DNA of 64,000 bases from an uncultured Butyricicoccus sp. (GCA_900547195.1 URFQ01000002.1:19175-83174); one strand, 5' to 3'. Counted from the first letter of the stretch, positions 10,799 to 20,759 are shown. Notes: a model not told the origin generated them from the sequence alone. A program made the numbers and translations.

Positions 10799-11089
10799 TC
10801 ATTCTTTCTCTTTCAGGTTTTCTCGGTGACCTTCTACATTATGCACATGGACATGTTCGCCGGTTTGGATATCGCAGACGGCCACGCCGATGTGCTCGCC
10901 ATATTTGATCACAGGCTCCCCTTTGGCGATGTTGCGGGTGGCCACCTTGTGATAAATGGTGATATTCTCGCGCGCGGTCAGGCTTTTTTCCTCGCCGCCG
11001 CAGGCATAGGTGACCGTATCTCCGGTGGAGATGGGTTCGATTGCTACAGCCACATTGTCCCTTTTATCAATGATTATGGCATTACGCAT
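10799..11089 (-). CDS. UxaA/SuyA-family dehydratase, small (SAF-domain) subunit
   Basis: DNVAVA...HKVA...KYGEHIG...GEHVHVHN. Confidence 0.88.
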   Translation of the reverse strand: MRNAIIIDKRDNVAVAIEPISTGDTVTYACGGEEKSLTARENITIYHKVATRNIAKGEPVIKYGEHIGVAVCDIQTGEHVHVHNVEGHRENLKEKE

Positions 11090-11135
11090 GTTGTTTTGCT
11101 CCTTTGTGCGGCTCTGCGGCCGCGATTTTGAAAAA

Positions 11136-12503
11136 TTACAGCGGGATAACCAGTGCGCCGATAATGGCCAACAGGAAGATGAACACCGAGGAGATAAAGG
11201 ACCCCAGCGTGTAGGTCTTTAGGCCGCCGGTCACGGTCAGGCCGGATATGTTGGTGGCGACCCAGTAGCCCGAGTCGTTGACATGGCCAATGGAGTTGCC
11301 GCCGGACAGACAGGCCAGCGCGATCCAGACCGGATGACATCCGATGGCCGGCGCAATGGTAGCCATGATGCCCATGGAGGTCATACCGGCGACTGTGCCG
11401 GAGCCCTGCGCCACACGGAAGATCATGCCGATGCCGTATGCGAGAAACATTGCTGGGAGGACCGAGGTGGTGTCGGTGCCCAGCAGACCGACAATTGCGT
11501 TGCCGGTGCCGGTGGCGGTGATGACCGAAGCGAACGAGCCGCCTGCGCCGGTGATCAACAGTACAACGCCCGCACTCTTCAGCGCTTCACCCGCAGACTC
11601 CTCAAAATGTTCACGGCCGATGTAGGGCAGGCTGACCAGATAAGCGCCCAACGTGCCAAGCAGCATCGCAATCAGCTTGTCACCCAGGAAGGTGCAGATG
11701 ACCGGCGCGTCTTCGAACAGTGCGCTGCCCAGCGTGCCGAACAGGATGCAGACAACCGGGATGATGATGGGCAACAGCGAAACAAACAGGCCCGGCCTGG
11801 ACTTGGCGTTGCTGTCCGCGTCGCGTGCGGCGAGCAGTTCACGGGTCACGTTGGAGCTATGGTTGACGTCTTTTTCATCATTCCAGATGCCGCGGTCATG
11901 GATCTTAATATAAACAAAGTTGGACAGCATGACCGTGATGAAGCCAATAACCAAACCCACGATCAGCATGATGCCAAGGTCGAAGCCGAAGATATCGGCG
12001 GCGGCGAGCGGGTTCGGCGTGGGCGGCACAACACAATGGGCAGTGGTAGCGCCGATGGTCAGGCAGCCGGTGACGTAGCACATCTTCATGTTGATCTTAG
12101 AGGCGATGGTGATGCCAATCGGGATGAGAATGATGAAGGTCACGTCAAAGAACACCGGGATGGAGAGCACAAAGCCTGCCAAGCTCAGGCCCCAGATGGC
12201 GCGTTTGGCTGGGAAGACCGATACCAGCTTGTCCGCAATAACAGAGGCTGCACCGCTGTCGCTCATCAACTGCCCCAATATCGTGCCAAAGCCGACCGGA
12301 AGACCGATGCTGGTCATCATGTTTCCAAAGCCGGAAGAGATGGTAGAAGCGGTGGTCATCAGGTCGAGCCCTCCCATCAGCCCCATGAACAGGCAGGCGG
12401 CAACCATGCCGATAGCCGCGTTAAGTTTGAGCACAATGATGCAAAACAGGATGATTACGATGGCGCCAATCAGCGCGCCAATCAGGATACCAGGATTCGT
12501 CAT
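11136..12503 (-). CDS. GntP family organic-acid permease
   Basis: Polytopic membrane protein; IPVFFDV, VPPTPNPL, RVAQGSGTVA, HVNDSGYW. Confidence 0.9.
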   Translation of the reverse strand: MTNPGILIGALIGAIVIILFCIIVLKLNAAIGMVAACLFMGLMGGLDLMTTASTISSGFGNMMTSIGLPVGFGTILGQLMSDSGAASVIADKLVSVFPAKRAIWGLSLAGFVLSIPVFFDVTFIILIPIGITIASKINMKMCYVTGCLTIGATTAHCVVPPTPNPLAAADIFGFDLGIMLIVGLVIGFITVMLSNFVYIKIHDRGIWNDEKDVNHSSNVTRELLAARDADSNAKSRPGLFVSLLPIIIPVVCILFGTLGSALFEDAPVICTFLGDKLIAMLLGTLGAYLVSLPYIGREHFEESAGEALKSAGVVLLITGAGGSFASVITATGTGNAIVGLLGTDTTSVLPAMFLAYGIGMIFRVAQGSGTVAGMTSMGIMATIAPAIGCHPVWIALACLSGGNSIGHVNDSGYWVATNISGLTVTGGLKTYTLGSFISSVFIFLLAIIGALVIPL

Positions 12504-12597
12504 ATCATTTTACCCCTTTCTTTTTAAAACTTATTTGATTTAAACACCCGGGAGCCGGCGGGCGTCCTGCCCACAGAGAACCGCCGGAAACCGGGAG

Positions 12598-13881
12598 TCA
12601 GAACAGGTTGCCTTCTTCGTCGAAGGGCAGCTCATAAGGCTCGGAGAGAATCTCAATATGTGGATTCGCCTTGGCCAGCGGAATTAAACCCTCGGAGATC
12701 TCGATGTACTCGATATGGGCGGTGTCCGGGATACGGATCATCTTCATATTCTCCGGATCCTCGGCATCCGGGCAGCAGCACAGCGCAAGCTGCAGTGCCT
12801 CGCGGTCGTTATCCATGATCATCGGGATTTTCATCAGATGTAAAAAGGTGTTTGTCACTCCGGTGGGATAGGTCATCTCCAGCTTCATCTTGTTGAACAG
12901 ACGGCGGGTGGTGACCTCGGCCAGGCCGACGCCCTGCGCGTTGCCATGGGTTTCATCGGTCAGATCAAGAATAACCACCTTTTCGGCCTCAATACCGCCT
13001 GAGCAGTATTTGGGCTGGACAAAGCGCCCCGAGATGTTGGGATCCATGCCGTCGCCCGAGATGTTTTTACCGATCTTGTCCACAACCAGCACATCACACT
13101 TGTCAAACAGCAGGCGCGCTATGGTCTTATAGGACAGGTCGCGCAGCTTAGGCTCCTCGGTGATGATCTCCTCGGGCGATAGGCCGCGGATCAGGTAAGT
13201 CTCGTCGTAGGCGTTTTCGATGATAGCGATGCCGCCTAGGATCGGACAATTCTCAAGGATTGTACGTCCGTATTCCTCGACCAGTTCGTGCATGATACCT
13301 GGACTCTGGTGATGGATGCTCTCCGCGCCGTGCTGCTTGCCCAAGCCGATGGCCATCATCTTCATCAGGCCGCTTTCATATCGACCGCGGAACGAAGTGT
13401 GCGGCTTGATGCGATTGAACAGGAGGATACCGTCTGCCTCGGACGCATACTTGTCAACATATACCGGCTGATGGCGCACATTCGATAAACCAATCTGCAC
13501 GGTCTCCATAGAACTTTTGACCGGGCAGCCCATAGTCTCCTCTGTGATGCCGTAATCAGCCAAGATCTGAGTCTGCCCCTCAGCAGTCGCGCCGCCGTGG
13601 CTGCCCATCGCCGCCACGATGAATGGGTTGGCTCCCTTGGACTTGACAAAGTCCACAATCGCGCGCGTCATGATGGCGTAGTGATGAATGCCGCGGCTGC
13701 CGCAAGTGATAGCGATTTGCATGCCAGGCTTGATTTGGCCGCTCAGCGCCTCACGTGCCAGCTCATTTTGTACAGTTTGTGCAATTTCCTCCTTGGGAAT
13801 GTGGGAATTGTCGTACAACTCCCGAACTTTGACCATTTTGGGGATCGGAACGTCCTTAATCATGTCTGTAATGGTTTTCAT
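12598..13881 (-). CDS. LarA-like (lactate racemase domain) protein
   Basis: AITCGSRGI, AMGSHGGATAEGQ, NRIKPHTSF, SGLMKMMAIGLGK, GKNISGDGMD. Confidence 0.7.
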   Translation of the reverse strand: MKTITDMIKDVPIPKMVKVRELYDNSHIPKEEIAQTVQNELAREALSGQIKPGMQIAITCGSRGIHHYAIMTRAIVDFVKSKGANPFIVAAMGSHGGATAEGQTQILADYGITEETMGCPVKSSMETVQIGLSNVRHQPVYVDKYASEADGILLFNRIKPHTSFRGRYESGLMKMMAIGLGKQHGAESIHHQSPGIMHELVEEYGRTILENCPILGGIAIIENAYDETYLIRGLSPEEIITEEPKLRDLSYKTIARLLFDKCDVLVVDKIGKNISGDGMDPNISGRFVQPKYCSGGIEAEKVVILDLTDETHGNAQGVGLAEVTTRRLFNKMKLEMTYPTGVTNTFLHLMKIPMIMDNDREALQLALCCCPDAEDPENMKMIRIPDTAHIEYIEISEGLIPLAKANPHIEILSEPYELPFDEEGNLF

Positions 13882-14030
13882 AACAAACCTCCTCCCACGT
13901 TTGTCGAACTCTCTGCCGTCCGCCCTTGCAGGTAATCTTGCAGCAGAGCTTCTTTTCCTAATCCTTTCTGCACAGCTGCTGGCCGCGCGAAAAAAACATG
14001 TGTTTTCTTTCCTTTACGTAGCATCGGCTG

Positions 14031-14103
14031 TATGTATTTAGGAACATAATACTTATTTAAGAACTACAGTTTGGATTATAGCAAATTGTCTACGGTTTGT
14101 CAA
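14031..14103 (-). promoter_or_regulatory. Consensus sigmaA promoter of the larA-like operon with two downstream repeated operator candidates
   Basis: Minus-strand ttgaca-N17-tataat (14103-14075); repeats gttcttaaataagta and gttcctaaatacata (14050-14064, 14031-14045). Confidence 0.65.
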
Positions 14104-14217
14104 TTTAAAAGTGTACAATTTTCATAACAAATAATTGTTAAATATGCTCTATACTAATGGATGTGCACAAAACAGCAGCCGTTTTTTTATTGCCGTGTGG
14201 GAATACGGCCGGTTCCA

Positions 14218-14233
14218 TGTTTCACGTGAAACC
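14218..14233. promoter_or_regulatory. parS: parS site (15/16)
   Basis: tgtttcacgtgaaacc, intergenic. Confidence 0.8.
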
Positions 14234-14309
14234 AGCGTTTTGTTGCCCTTGCATAACAAGACCCGCATGTCGTATAATGAATACAACTCGAAGAAGGGAA
14301 GTGTCTCCC

Positions 14310-15104
14310 ATGGAGAAAAACGAAATGCAGGCGCCTGATTTTGAGGCGTTGCTACTGTTTGACCGGGAACCGGATGCTTTGCAGCCGGAACAGGTCTGCC
14401 AGGCGCTGGCCGCCCGGTTTGGCGGCGCGGAACCGAACGAGGGCCGCTATCAACTCACAGGCTATGGCGTAGCGGTGCAGGCCGGCATGCCGGGCCCTTT
14501 CGACCATACCACGGTTTCAGATTTTGTGCGCGGCCAGATGTGGAATGTAAAGGATGCAAATGGTTTGTTGAGCAGATGTACTCATGCGGTGCGCCTTGCA
14601 GACGACAATGCGCTTCAAATGGAATATAAACAGCGCGGAAAAATGCTGACCGAGTTGGTGGAAGCCGGGCTTGCAATGTATCCGGACTGCGTTGCAGTTT
14701 TTGTGCCGGCATCCGGCCGGCTGGTCACTGCCGAACAGGTAAGGGAAAACCCGGCGCGCGGGGGAGACCGGTTTTTGTATCTATGCGTGAACACCCGTCT
14801 GTTCAGCATCAGCGGTGCGAGCAGCGATATGATGATTGATACTGTGGGCCTGTACCTGCTGGGTCTGCCGGATGTGCAATACCATTTCCATACCTTAAAT
14901 CCCAATAAGGTGATGAAGCACGCTTATAGTGTTGCGTCGCTTCTGTACGCGGTCGGCGCAGTGATGAAGAGCGGGGAGACCATTGATGGAATGGATGACT
15001 ATGGCGTGACAAAGGAAATTCGCTGGCCGTTTCAGTACGAGCACGCGCTCATTGAGCCGCCGCGCACCGTGATGGCAATTACTCCGGGCGAATACGCGGT
15101 TTGA
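14310..15104 (+). CDS. DUF4261-like hypothetical protein
   Basis: DTVGLYLLGLPDVQYHF...GETIDG resembles DUF4261 proteins; start at MEKNEM after aagggaag. Confidence 0.65.
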   Translation: MEKNEMQAPDFEALLLFDREPDALQPEQVCQALAARFGGAEPNEGRYQLTGYGVAVQAGMPGPFDHTTVSDFVRGQMWNVKDANGLLSRCTHAVRLADDNALQMEYKQRGKMLTELVEAGLAMYPDCVAVFVPASGRLVTAEQVRENPARGGDRFLYLCVNTRLFSISGASSDMMIDTVGLYLLGLPDVQYHFHTLNPNKVMKHAYSVASLLYAVGAVMKSGETIDGMDDYGVTKEIRWPFQYEHALIEPPRTVMAITPGEYAV

Positions 15105-15138
15105 CATGGCACATAAAAAAGGACGCAGAAGCGTCCTT

Positions 15139-15329
15139 CAGACTGTCGAAAAACTACAGTTTTTCGACAAGTACGCCCGCCGCCATAAATGGCTCTGGGC
15201 GAGGGAGTTTTGAAAAGGCGCATAAATGAGCCATTTCAAAACTCTTGTTGTCAAAAAAGTCAGGCACATGTCCTGACTTTTTTGAGAATTTTATACGCGC
15301 TGTGGCGCGGGGAGCTTTTTCGACAAGCT
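15139..15329. mobile_element. MITE-like repeat copy 1 (IS1182-like ends) flanked by a duplicated terminator
   Basis: Ends agactgtcgaaaaa / tttttcgacaagct; direct repeat aaaggacgcagaagcgtc(c/t)tt at 15118-15138 and 15330-15350. Confidence 0.75.
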
Positions 15330-15352
15330 AAAGGACGCAGAAGCGTCTTTTT

Positions 15353-15883
15353 TTAGTCCAAAAAATCCTCGGACCGCAGCCCGACATGGGAATACAAATG
15401 CGCAAGCGCATTCCAGGTGTCGGCATCCAGCCGGCCGGTTGTGCGCAATCCGGCCGACTGCTGCAAACGCCGCACCGCGCGTTCGGTCGGTTCATCAAAA
15501 ACGCCGGTATAAGGAATGGGCAGCAGATCGGGATACTGCATGGCAAGGCCGTTTAAAATTGATTGCAGAATATAGACAAACCGTCCACGGTCGCCCAGCG
15601 CAACAATTTGCACAGCACTTGGAAAAACCCGCACCGCAAGCGGCAGGGCAGTGCGGCTGCGCACCAGATTTGCCTCCTGCACAATACGGTCCCACGTGGA
15701 CAGGTCAGTCTGGCCGGTGACCGGCAGCCCAAACCGCCGCTGAAACCGGCGTACCGATTGCTCGGTTTCTATGTCATACACGCCGCTGACCTTGGGGAGT
15801 GGTTCCCCCAGAGCAGCCTGAATGACACGCAAATCCATTTGCAGGCCGCGCACATGGGCGCGGCGCTGATCTTCGGTATACAA
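15353..15883 (-). CDS. Peptidoglycan-binding domain protein (two PG_binding_1 repeats)
   Basis: SGVYDIETEQSVRRFQRRFGLPVTG...TW and TGVFDEPTERAVRRLQ...TW; probable TTG start after gaggagg. Confidence 0.8.
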   Translation of the reverse strand: MYTEDQRRAHVRGLQMDLRVIQAALGEPLPKVSGVYDIETEQSVRRFQRRFGLPVTGQTDLSTWDRIVQEANLVRSRTALPLAVRVFPSAVQIVALGDRGRFVYILQSILNGLAMQYPDLLPIPYTGVFDEPTERAVRRLQQSAGLRTTGRLDADTWNALAHLYSHVGLRSEDFLD

Positions 15884-15890
15884 AATCGGA

Positions 15891-17303
15891 TCAGCCCTCC
15901 TCATTTTGCAGCACATAGCCCGGATATTGCTGTTCGGCTACTTCTGCACCTAGCACGGCGGTTTCATACCGTTCGGCTAAAATGTTCCATGTGACCGGCC
16001 CGATGGTGCCTGTGGGTGGGATGCCAAACAGCCGCTGTGCTGCAAGCACGGCTTCCCGGGTTCGCTCGCCAAAATAACCAGTGACCGGAATCTCCGGAAT
16101 CTCCGGATACACCTGCGACAAAAAGGAAAGGAAGGTTTGCGCCTGTTCCACATCATCGCCCGACATGCCTTCTACCATCAACCGCCCAGGGAATACCGGG
16201 ATTCCCTCTGGCGTAGTAAGTTCCGGATTGGATTGCACGATGGACAAATAAGCCGAATAAATCGCATCCCAGGTTTGTTCCCCAACCACGCCATCCGGCG
16301 TCAGGCCAAACAGTTTCTGTGCGGCAATGACCGCCTCCTCAGTCTGTGGGCCAAAGAAACCGTCATCGGTAATCACCGGGATTTCCTCATAGTACGCCCC
16401 GACGACCTTCAGATAATACTGCATCAGCCGCACTTCATTGCCGCTGTCACCGCGCCGCAGAGCGCCCGGATAGATTGGGCTTACATCTTCCAGAGACAGC
16501 CCTTCGCTGTTGAGTTCGGCCAGTCGCTTGATCGAGGTATAAAGATAAGCGATGCGATACCAGGTTGCCTTGCCAACAATGCCGTCGGCCGTCAGGCCAA
16601 AGGTCTGCTGAAACACCCTTACCGCATCTTCTGTGGGGCGGGAATAAATGCCGTCAATGGGATAAATCTTGGGAATTAACGGATAGTTGGTGGAAATGCG
16701 GTTGAGGCGAAGCTGGATGGTGCGTACATCATCGCCGGTATCGCCCAGCCGCAGCGCTTGGCCCGGATAAGTACCAAGATTGGGCGCTACCGGGGCGTTA
16801 CGGACAATGTTTAAGTCGTCTCCATAAAAGTAGGTCAGGATTTCATAGGGTGTCATACCCTGCTCGGCGAGCGGGACCGTGCCCCACTGGCTTAGGCCGT
16901 TGCACGTGACTGTGGTGCCGTTGCAATATTGGGCGAACAGCGGCTCAACCGATCCGGGACGGGTCAGATAATCGGTGAACAGTTCATCCGCAATACGGGA
17001 GATGTTGTCAAAAATGTCCCGGTCATGGACATAGGCCTGATCAAAGGCGGTGGAGTTGGTAATGTCGTAATCATAACCTTGCGAGCGATACCATTCGGTG
17101 TACACCCGGTTGAGGGCAAACGAAATTTGCGCATACATATTTGCACGGATTGCATTTTCCGGCCAGGTAGGATAAATTTCCGATGACGCGACGTTTTTCA
17201 CATAATCCGGGAAGGGAATGGTGACATTGCGCGCATTGGACCCCGGACGTCCAAGATGCACGGTGATTGTCTCTGGAATATAAGGCAGAGCCAAGGGGGT
17301 CAC
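15891..17303 (-). CDS. sleC: SleC-like spore cortex-lytic enzyme (catalytic domain plus three PG-binding repeats), lacking the pre-pro region
   Basis: IPETITVHLG, DYVKNVASSEIYPTWP, ALNRVYTEWY, DITNSTAFDQ, QYCNGTTVTC, LSQWG. Confidence 0.75.
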   Translation of the reverse strand: MTPLALPYIPETITVHLGRPGSNARNVTIPFPDYVKNVASSEIYPTWPENAIRANMYAQISFALNRVYTEWYRSQGYDYDITNSTAFDQAYVHDRDIFDNISRIADELFTDYLTRPGSVEPLFAQYCNGTTVTCNGLSQWGTVPLAEQGMTPYEILTYFYGDDLNIVRNAPVAPNLGTYPGQALRLGDTGDDVRTIQLRLNRISTNYPLIPKIYPIDGIYSRPTEDAVRVFQQTFGLTADGIVGKATWYRIAYLYTSIKRLAELNSEGLSLEDVSPIYPGALRRGDSGNEVRLMQYYLKVVGAYYEEIPVITDDGFFGPQTEEAVIAAQKLFGLTPDGVVGEQTWDAIYSAYLSIVQSNPELTTPEGIPVFPGRLMVEGMSGDDVEQAQTFLSFLSQVYPEIPEIPVTGYFGERTREAVLAAQRLFGIPPTGTIGPVTWNILAERYETAVLGAEVAEQQYPGYVLQNEEG

Positions 17304-17719
17304 TCCTTTGTCGTATTGAGACTATGCTCGGGCAGTGTGCGTTGTTCCGGTGTGGCGGGAACCGGCTGGTTTTCCTCGAGCGGTACTAAGTATACCGGAA
17401 GCGTGGCGACAACATCGGCGAAAATAGTCAGGTCACTGGTGGAAATTGGCTGATAGCCGTCCAAGTCCACCGAGACCGCATACCGGGAATATGGATTCGT
17501 GCTTCCCGGCTCCAGGGAATTATCCAGCGGCGGCGCGGGCAGGGGAAGCGGGGCGGTTTTACCGGAGCGGTTGGTACGGGTGGTGAAGAGCAGCTCTGCA
17601 ACCCCATTATTATCTACGGCAGACACGGTAACAAGGGCGTTTTCAAGCGGCAGAGCGTTGCGGGCGGTTGAAACCGCAACCACCAGATAGCCGGTCGCGG
17701 TATTGCGCGGGTCAGGCAT
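17300..17719 (-). CDS. Stand-alone protein resembling the SleC N-terminal pre-pro region
   Basis: GYLVVAVST, TNRSGKT..LPLPAP, PYSRYAVSV..DGY; its stop overlaps the sleC-like start (GTGA). Confidence 0.6.
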   Translation of the reverse strand: MPDPRNTATGYLVVAVSTARNALPLENALVTVSAVDNNGVAELLFTTRTNRSGKTAPLPLPAPPLDNSLEPGSTNPYSRYAVSVDLDGYQPISTSDLTIFADVVATLPVYLVPLEENQPVPATPEQRTLPEHSLNTTKE

Positions 17720-17840
17720 TGAAAAATCACTCCTTTGAAAAATTTAGAAAGATGTACATTGCGTTTTTGCATAGACACACTTATAATGAAGGTATGAAAA
17801 GGATCGGGAAGCCGGTTTGCGGAGAAAGGGGACAAGAACT

Positions 17841-18314
17841 ATGGATCACAAAACGATTATTGATTCCTGCACCGTGCAGGAGGAGCGCTTTCAGTTTTTT
17901 TCATTCAGCCGGGAGGATGCGTTGAAGCTCGGCCTGATGCTGTGTGAGACTTCCAGACGGTACACACAGGGCGTGGCGATTGCCATTGAAATCAATGGCC
18001 TGCGCGTGTTCCAGCATGTGGCCGAAGGCGCGGGACGGCACAATGTCGATTGGTTGGCACGTAAGGTGAACACCGTCAACCAGTTTGGAAAATCTTCGCT
18101 GCGTGTCTGGGCGGAGTTTGAGCAGAATGGCCTGACGATGGAAAACGAACGTCTGGAACCCATGAAGTTCGCCATGTGCGGCGGAGGGTTCCCGCTCAAT
18201 GTCCGCGGTGTAGGGGCGGTCGGCGTCATCGCCGTTTCCGGCCTGCCCCATCTGGACGACCATCAGGTGATCGTGGATGCGCTCACCGAATGGTTTAGCG
18301 CCAAGAAACACTGA
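17841..18314 (+). CDS. Heme-degrading domain protein (UPF0303 / GlcG-HbpS family)
   Basis: WLARKVNTV, GGGFPL, VIAVSGLPHLDDHQ. Confidence 0.8.
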   Translation: MDHKTIIDSCTVQEERFQFFSFSREDALKLGLMLCETSRRYTQGVAIAIEINGLRVFQHVAEGAGRHNVDWLARKVNTVNQFGKSSLRVWAEFEQNGLTMENERLEPMKFAMCGGGFPLNVRGVGAVGVIAVSGLPHLDDHQVIVDALTEWFSAKKH

Positions 18315-18330
18315 TGTTTCACGTGAAACC
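18315..18330. promoter_or_regulatory. parS: parS site (15/16)
   Basis: tgtttcacgtgaaacc directly after a stop codon. Confidence 0.8.
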
Positions 18331-18365
18331 GAGCCTTCCCTTTGCGGGGAAGGCTCTCTTTTTTA
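18331..18365. terminator. Terminator between convergent genes
   Basis: gagccttccc-tttgcg-gggaaggctc followed by a T-run. Confidence 0.7.
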
Positions 18366-18371
18366 TATGCC

Positions 18372-18806
18372 TCATACAAGCCGGATATGATACTTTTTAA
18401 ACCACCGGTCGAGCTGAATCAGATAAGCGAATACCTGCGGCCCGCGCATAAGCTGGCCGTACCAGGGTTCCGGCATGGCGTCCGGATCGGCAAGCAGGGT
18501 TTCTACAGCCTCCCGGCGGAATAGCTGCGGGATCAGCGAATGATCGTCTTGCAGGATCTGCCGCACGTAGGAAGCAGTCAGCGCTGTATATTCTGGGGAA
18601 AAGGTTTTTGGGTACGGCGACTTTTTGCGCCAGACAATCTCCTCGGGCAGGTCGCGCTCAAATGCTTTGCGTACAATTCCCTTTTCCCGGCCTTCCCAGG
18701 CTTTGAGATGCCATGGCATATTGTATGCATACTCGACAATCCGGTGGTCGCAGAACGGCACACGGACTTCCAGTCCGGAATACATGCTCATACGGTCCTT
18801 GCGGTC
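18372..18806 (-). CDS. asnB: 3' part of the split asparagine synthetase (residues D465-608 of the rebuilt protein)
   Basis: DRKDRMSMYSGLEVRVPFCDHRIVEY, EKGIVRKAF, WRKKSPYPK are AsnB/AsnO C-terminal motifs; open to the stop. Confidence 0.93.
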   Translation of the reverse strand, partial: DRKDRMSMYSGLEVRVPFCDHRIVEYAYNMPWHLKAWEGREKGIVRKAFERDLPEEIVWRKKSPYPKTFSPEYTALTASYVRQILQDDHSLIPQLFRREAVETLLADPDAMPEPWYGQLMRGPQVFAYLIQLDRWFKKYHIRLV

Positions 18807-18827
18807 GCGCAGGGTTGCAAACGGATA
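18805..18827. other. attR-type junction of the asnB-intervening element
   Basis: Minus strand TATCCGTTTGCAAC-CCTGCGC-GA|CCGCAAGGAC; IR arm 18814-18827, central dinucleotide 18805-18806. Confidence 0.88.
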
Positions 18828-18927
18828 AGGCTGTTCACACAATCTTCATCGGGTAATTTAAGTTCTTTTCAGCTTGCAATGGTAAATTGAATAGACCGGA
18901 AAAACCCGTGTTAGGAGGCGAAATACA

Positions 18928-20664
18928 ATGGACAAACGAAAAACGATGGCGCTGCTGTTGGGGCTGCTGCTTGGGACGCAAAGCCTTGCGTCCGCACAGG
19001 CGGCAGCCGAACCGGAAACGGTGCCGCTCGACCGTACGGCCGGCGTGCTGGCGACCGAGGACTTGTCCGCTTATGAAAATCATCAGGCGCTGGTGATGTA
19101 TGCGGACGGCAGCTTTGACGTCATGACGTATGACAGCAAAGACGCGCTGGCCGACGGGCTGAAAACGTTGGCAGCCGATAAAAATGTCATGTTTGTGCAG
19201 CCAAATTATTCGTATGGGAATACCGAGCTTTCGGTAGACGATGTGCTTGCAGGCGAGCAATGGGCGCTGGATAACGACGGCACCTTCCAGATGGAGGAGC
19301 AGGAAAATGAATATCCGGTGTTTGACGACCCGTTTGAGGAACCGAGTGCACCGTGGCATTGGATGCCGCCGCAGCACCGCAGCGGGTTTCACTGGTTTTC
19401 CGCCACGGCGGATGACAGCAATACCACGGCCACGGCAGGCGTCGATGTAAACGCCGAAAAAGCATGGAGCCTGTATAGCGGAGGCAAGCGGGATGTGGTT
19501 GTAGCGCTTGTGGATACAGGCGTCGACTATACGCATGAGGATTTGGCGGACAATATCTGGGTGAACACCGATGAAATCCCGGGCAACGGCATCGACGACG
19601 ATGGAAATGGCTATGTAGATGATGTTTACGGCTGGAATTTTTATTCCGGAAACAATCAGGTGTACACGGGCAGCGACGACAGCCACGGCACTCATGGCGC
19701 GGGTACGATTGCCGCGGAGTCGGGCAACGGCGTGGGGATTGCCGGGCTGGCGCAAGGGGAACATGTCAAGGTTATGGCGGTGAAGGCCCTCGGCGGTAAG
19801 GATGGCAGCGGAACCACAGCGTCCATCATCCAGGCGATCCGGTATGCCGAGGACAATGGCGCCAAGATCTGCAACCTGAGCCTGGGAACCGATCAGGATG
19901 ACCGCGCGCTTTATCAGGCGATGGCGGCTTCCAATATGCTGTTCGTCGTGGCGGCGGGCAACGATGGCGCGGACACCGATACGTCGCCGAGTTACCCGGC
20001 CAGCTACAGCCTCGACAATATTATTTCGGTCGCCAACCTGAACTACGACGGCACGCTGCACAGCAGCTCCAACTATGGCGCCGCTTCGGTCGATCTCGCG
20101 GCGCCCGGCTCCTATATCCTGAGTACCACACCCGGGAATACGTACAGTTATATGACCGGCACATCCATGGCAGCGCCTATGGTCAGCGCGGCGGCCGCGA
20201 TGGTGTATTCCTACTTTGACAATATTACGCTGGCCGATGTAAAAACGGTGCTGCTGTCCTCGGCGTGCCCGCTGGACGGCCTGAGCGGGAAAACCGTGAC
20301 CGGCGGCATGCTGGATCTTGCCGCGGCGCTGTCATATGATGGAGGGCTGTCCGGCGCGGAATGGACAAAAACCGAAGCGGCCGCGTCGTCCAGCGCGCCG
20401 GTGATTTCCGCACAGCTGGCCAGCCGGCACGGGCGGCAATACCTCATCGTGCAGGTCACCGATGCGGACGGCGACCTGAAAACAACAGCGTATGCTTCCG
20501 GTATCCTGAGCGCGGCGCAATTTGAAGGCGGTGCGGTCGGCGAGCGTTTCACGGGAAACGGCAGCGGGGTCACGGTGTTTGCGGTCAGCAGCAGCGGGAT
20601 TTATACGTTCTATGCGCTTGACCGCGCGGGACATGAGACGGTTAAAACCATCACCATAAACTGA
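18928..20664 (+). CDS. Secreted S8 (subtilisin-like) serine peptidase
   Basis: Signal peptide; catalytic triad motifs VDTGVD, HGTHGAGTIA, GTSMAAP; AAGN oxyanion motif. Confidence 0.92.
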   Translation: MDKRKTMALLLGLLLGTQSLASAQAAAEPETVPLDRTAGVLATEDLSAYENHQALVMYADGSFDVMTYDSKDALADGLKTLAADKNVMFVQPNYSYGNTELSVDDVLAGEQWALDNDGTFQMEEQENEYPVFDDPFEEPSAPWHWMPPQHRSGFHWFSATADDSNTTATAGVDVNAEKAWSLYSGGKRDVVVALVDTGVDYTHEDLADNIWVNTDEIPGNGIDDDGNGYVDDVYGWNFYSGNNQVYTGSDDSHGTHGAGTIAAESGNGVGIAGLAQGEHVKVMAVKALGGKDGSGTTASIIQAIRYAEDNGAKICNLSLGTDQDDRALYQAMAASNMLFVVAAGNDGADTDTSPSYPASYSLDNIISVANLNYDGTLHSSSNYGAASVDLAAPGSYILSTTPGNTYSYMTGTSMAAPMVSAAAAMVYSYFDNITLADVKTVLLSSACPLDGLSGKTVTGGMLDLAAALSYDGGLSGAEWTKTEAAASSSAPVISAQLASRHGRQYLIVQVTDADGDLKTTAYASGILSAAQFEGGAVGERFTGNGSGVTVFAVSSSGIYTFYALDRAGHETVKTITIN

Positions 20665-20759
20665 CCGCAGGAATGTAAAAGCCAGATGCGGGAAACCGCA
20701 ACAATCCGCTTGTATATTTCCAGTGCAGATGTTAGAATGGGTAGGTAGAGGTGATCAAA

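Noticed and set aside
15983..15998. parS-like tgttccatgtgaccgg in sleC
   Set aside because: Only 11/16 matches, with the right arm broken.
18372..18842. 156-aa ORF as an independent gene, or both asnB parts as pseudogenes
   Set aside because: Its first 12 codons derive from the element side of attR, and the two halves join exactly in frame with no decay.
18928..20664. S8 protease as the CspB activator of the nearby SleC
   Set aside because: It has a Sec-type signal peptide and a secreted-subtilase layout; proximity alone is insufficient.
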